This document shows, piece after piece, positions 63,205-64,000 of a stretch of 64,000 nucleotides of DNA (the first letter of the stretch is position 1; each line of letters begins with the position of its first letter). The notes under the pieces were generated by a model. It searched no databases and was not told where the DNA came from. It was given only the letters and a program-made list of their open reading frames with translations. Both the position numbers and the translations under genes were made by a program. The stretch spans positions 372,001 to 436,000 of the forward strand of contig NIVC01000197.1 in the NCBI GenBank assembly GCA_002269645.1, in the 5' to 3' direction. The DNA is from Macrostomum lignano (Eukaryota).

Positions 63205-63816
63205 GTAAATATGCGGATCTTACCATAGACAAATTCATTCACTCCACGCTTGGCTGTTTTACAACACATCTCGCCGCAAAAATTGCGTCCTTTTGTCGGG
63301 CTTTCATTTTACTTGCAGTTGTCCATGTCAAAAAGCCGTGCATTGAAACCAACAATTATCGCACGAATTAAGATGCATCCAAGCAAATAAAAATGTCTAA
63401 AGTCTGTTTCAAAGCAAATTAATGGCCATCAAGCGGTGTTGCTAAGCGCTGGAGATACATTTAGGTACTATTAAACTAACAGATATATGTGGTGACCGGA
63501 ACAACGGATTAGCTCTATCGGCAAAGCCGTCAAAGCGAATGTGTTTCAGTGCTTAAGATCAAAGATGAGCAAGCATATTAGTATAAGAAAGCCAGAGCGG
63601 TGAATATTAACGATGGTATGCGACCGAGGGAACTGTAGAGTGGGAGATATAGCCATAGACTATATACTAGTGTGACAAGCTTCGACTGGGGCTGCGTCAT
63701 GTCCCCCTGTAACGGGAGTGACGTGAACATTGATACGAACAGTAAGAACATTCCCTAATACTTTGTTGTCAAGGAGCCGAGGCGAGAACATACGCTATAG
63801 TGTTATCAGAGGCTGT

Positions 63817-63999
63817 TTAGCATGTCGGTAACATTTCAAACAATGACACGTGATGGTCGGCCACGGAGCAAAGCGGTCGGGGGCCGCGATTGGTTTGACG
63901 TGGGGATGTGCCTGAAGACTCAGCAGGGGCCACCGGGTCTTCCTGACGGCCGGTTGTGCTTTCGGGCTGCGTTTCCGGGTCCGCATCTGTGGCATTCCC
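63817..63999 (-). CDS. Possible last coding exon of a gene entering from the right edge
   Basis: GC-rich open frame GNATDADPETQPESTTGRQED...MLPTC-stop; no homology recognised. Confidence 0.25.
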   Translation of the reverse strand, partial: GNATDADPETQPESTTGRQEDPVAPAESSGTSPRQTNRGPRPLCSVADHHVSLFEMLPTC

Positions 64000-64000
64000 G

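Noticed and set aside
63540-63600. Faint resemblance to the 5' end of 18S rRNA on the minus strand
   Set aside because: Only a short ATATGCTTG match; the flanks do not follow rRNA.

Overview
Eukaryotic (animal) genomic DNA with GC-rich exons and AT-rich, repeat-filled introns. The overall style resembles a free-living flatworm such as Macrostomum, but that is an unverified impression. Five protein-coding genes can be built with GT-AG splice sites whose phases agree: (1) MADD/DENN Rab-GEF, minus strand, 10 coding exons 11550->156, running off the left edge; (2) LDB/Chip LIM-domain-binding protein, plus strand, 7 exons 16787-22623, about 806 aa; (3) intronless WIP/verprolin, 55894-56853; (4) intronless p62/SQSTM1 (PB1-ZZ-UBA), minus strand 59490->58531, with no canonical LIR visible; (5) a 3-exon RING plus beta-propeller-like gene, minus strand 62265->60169. 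Most introns longer than about 200 bp carry their own distinct mini- or microsatellite. The dominant non-coding structure is a 23-kb block (24954-48000) that looks like plain satellite but resolves into five non-autonomous Helitrons on the minus strand (5'-TC...hairpin-CTAG-3'). They are joined head-to-tail, with one nested in the 5' end of another. Each carries internal satellite arrays and a tRNA-like A-box/B-box/T-run module. A nested cluster of TIR elements lies at 49.9-53.3 kb (hAT MITE with 8-bp TSD, MULE-like foldback with 9-bp TSD, and others). There are also two copies of a tRNA-derived CORE-like SINE and two LINE relics. All family assignments come from recalled motifs, not database searches, and coordinates were counted by hand.
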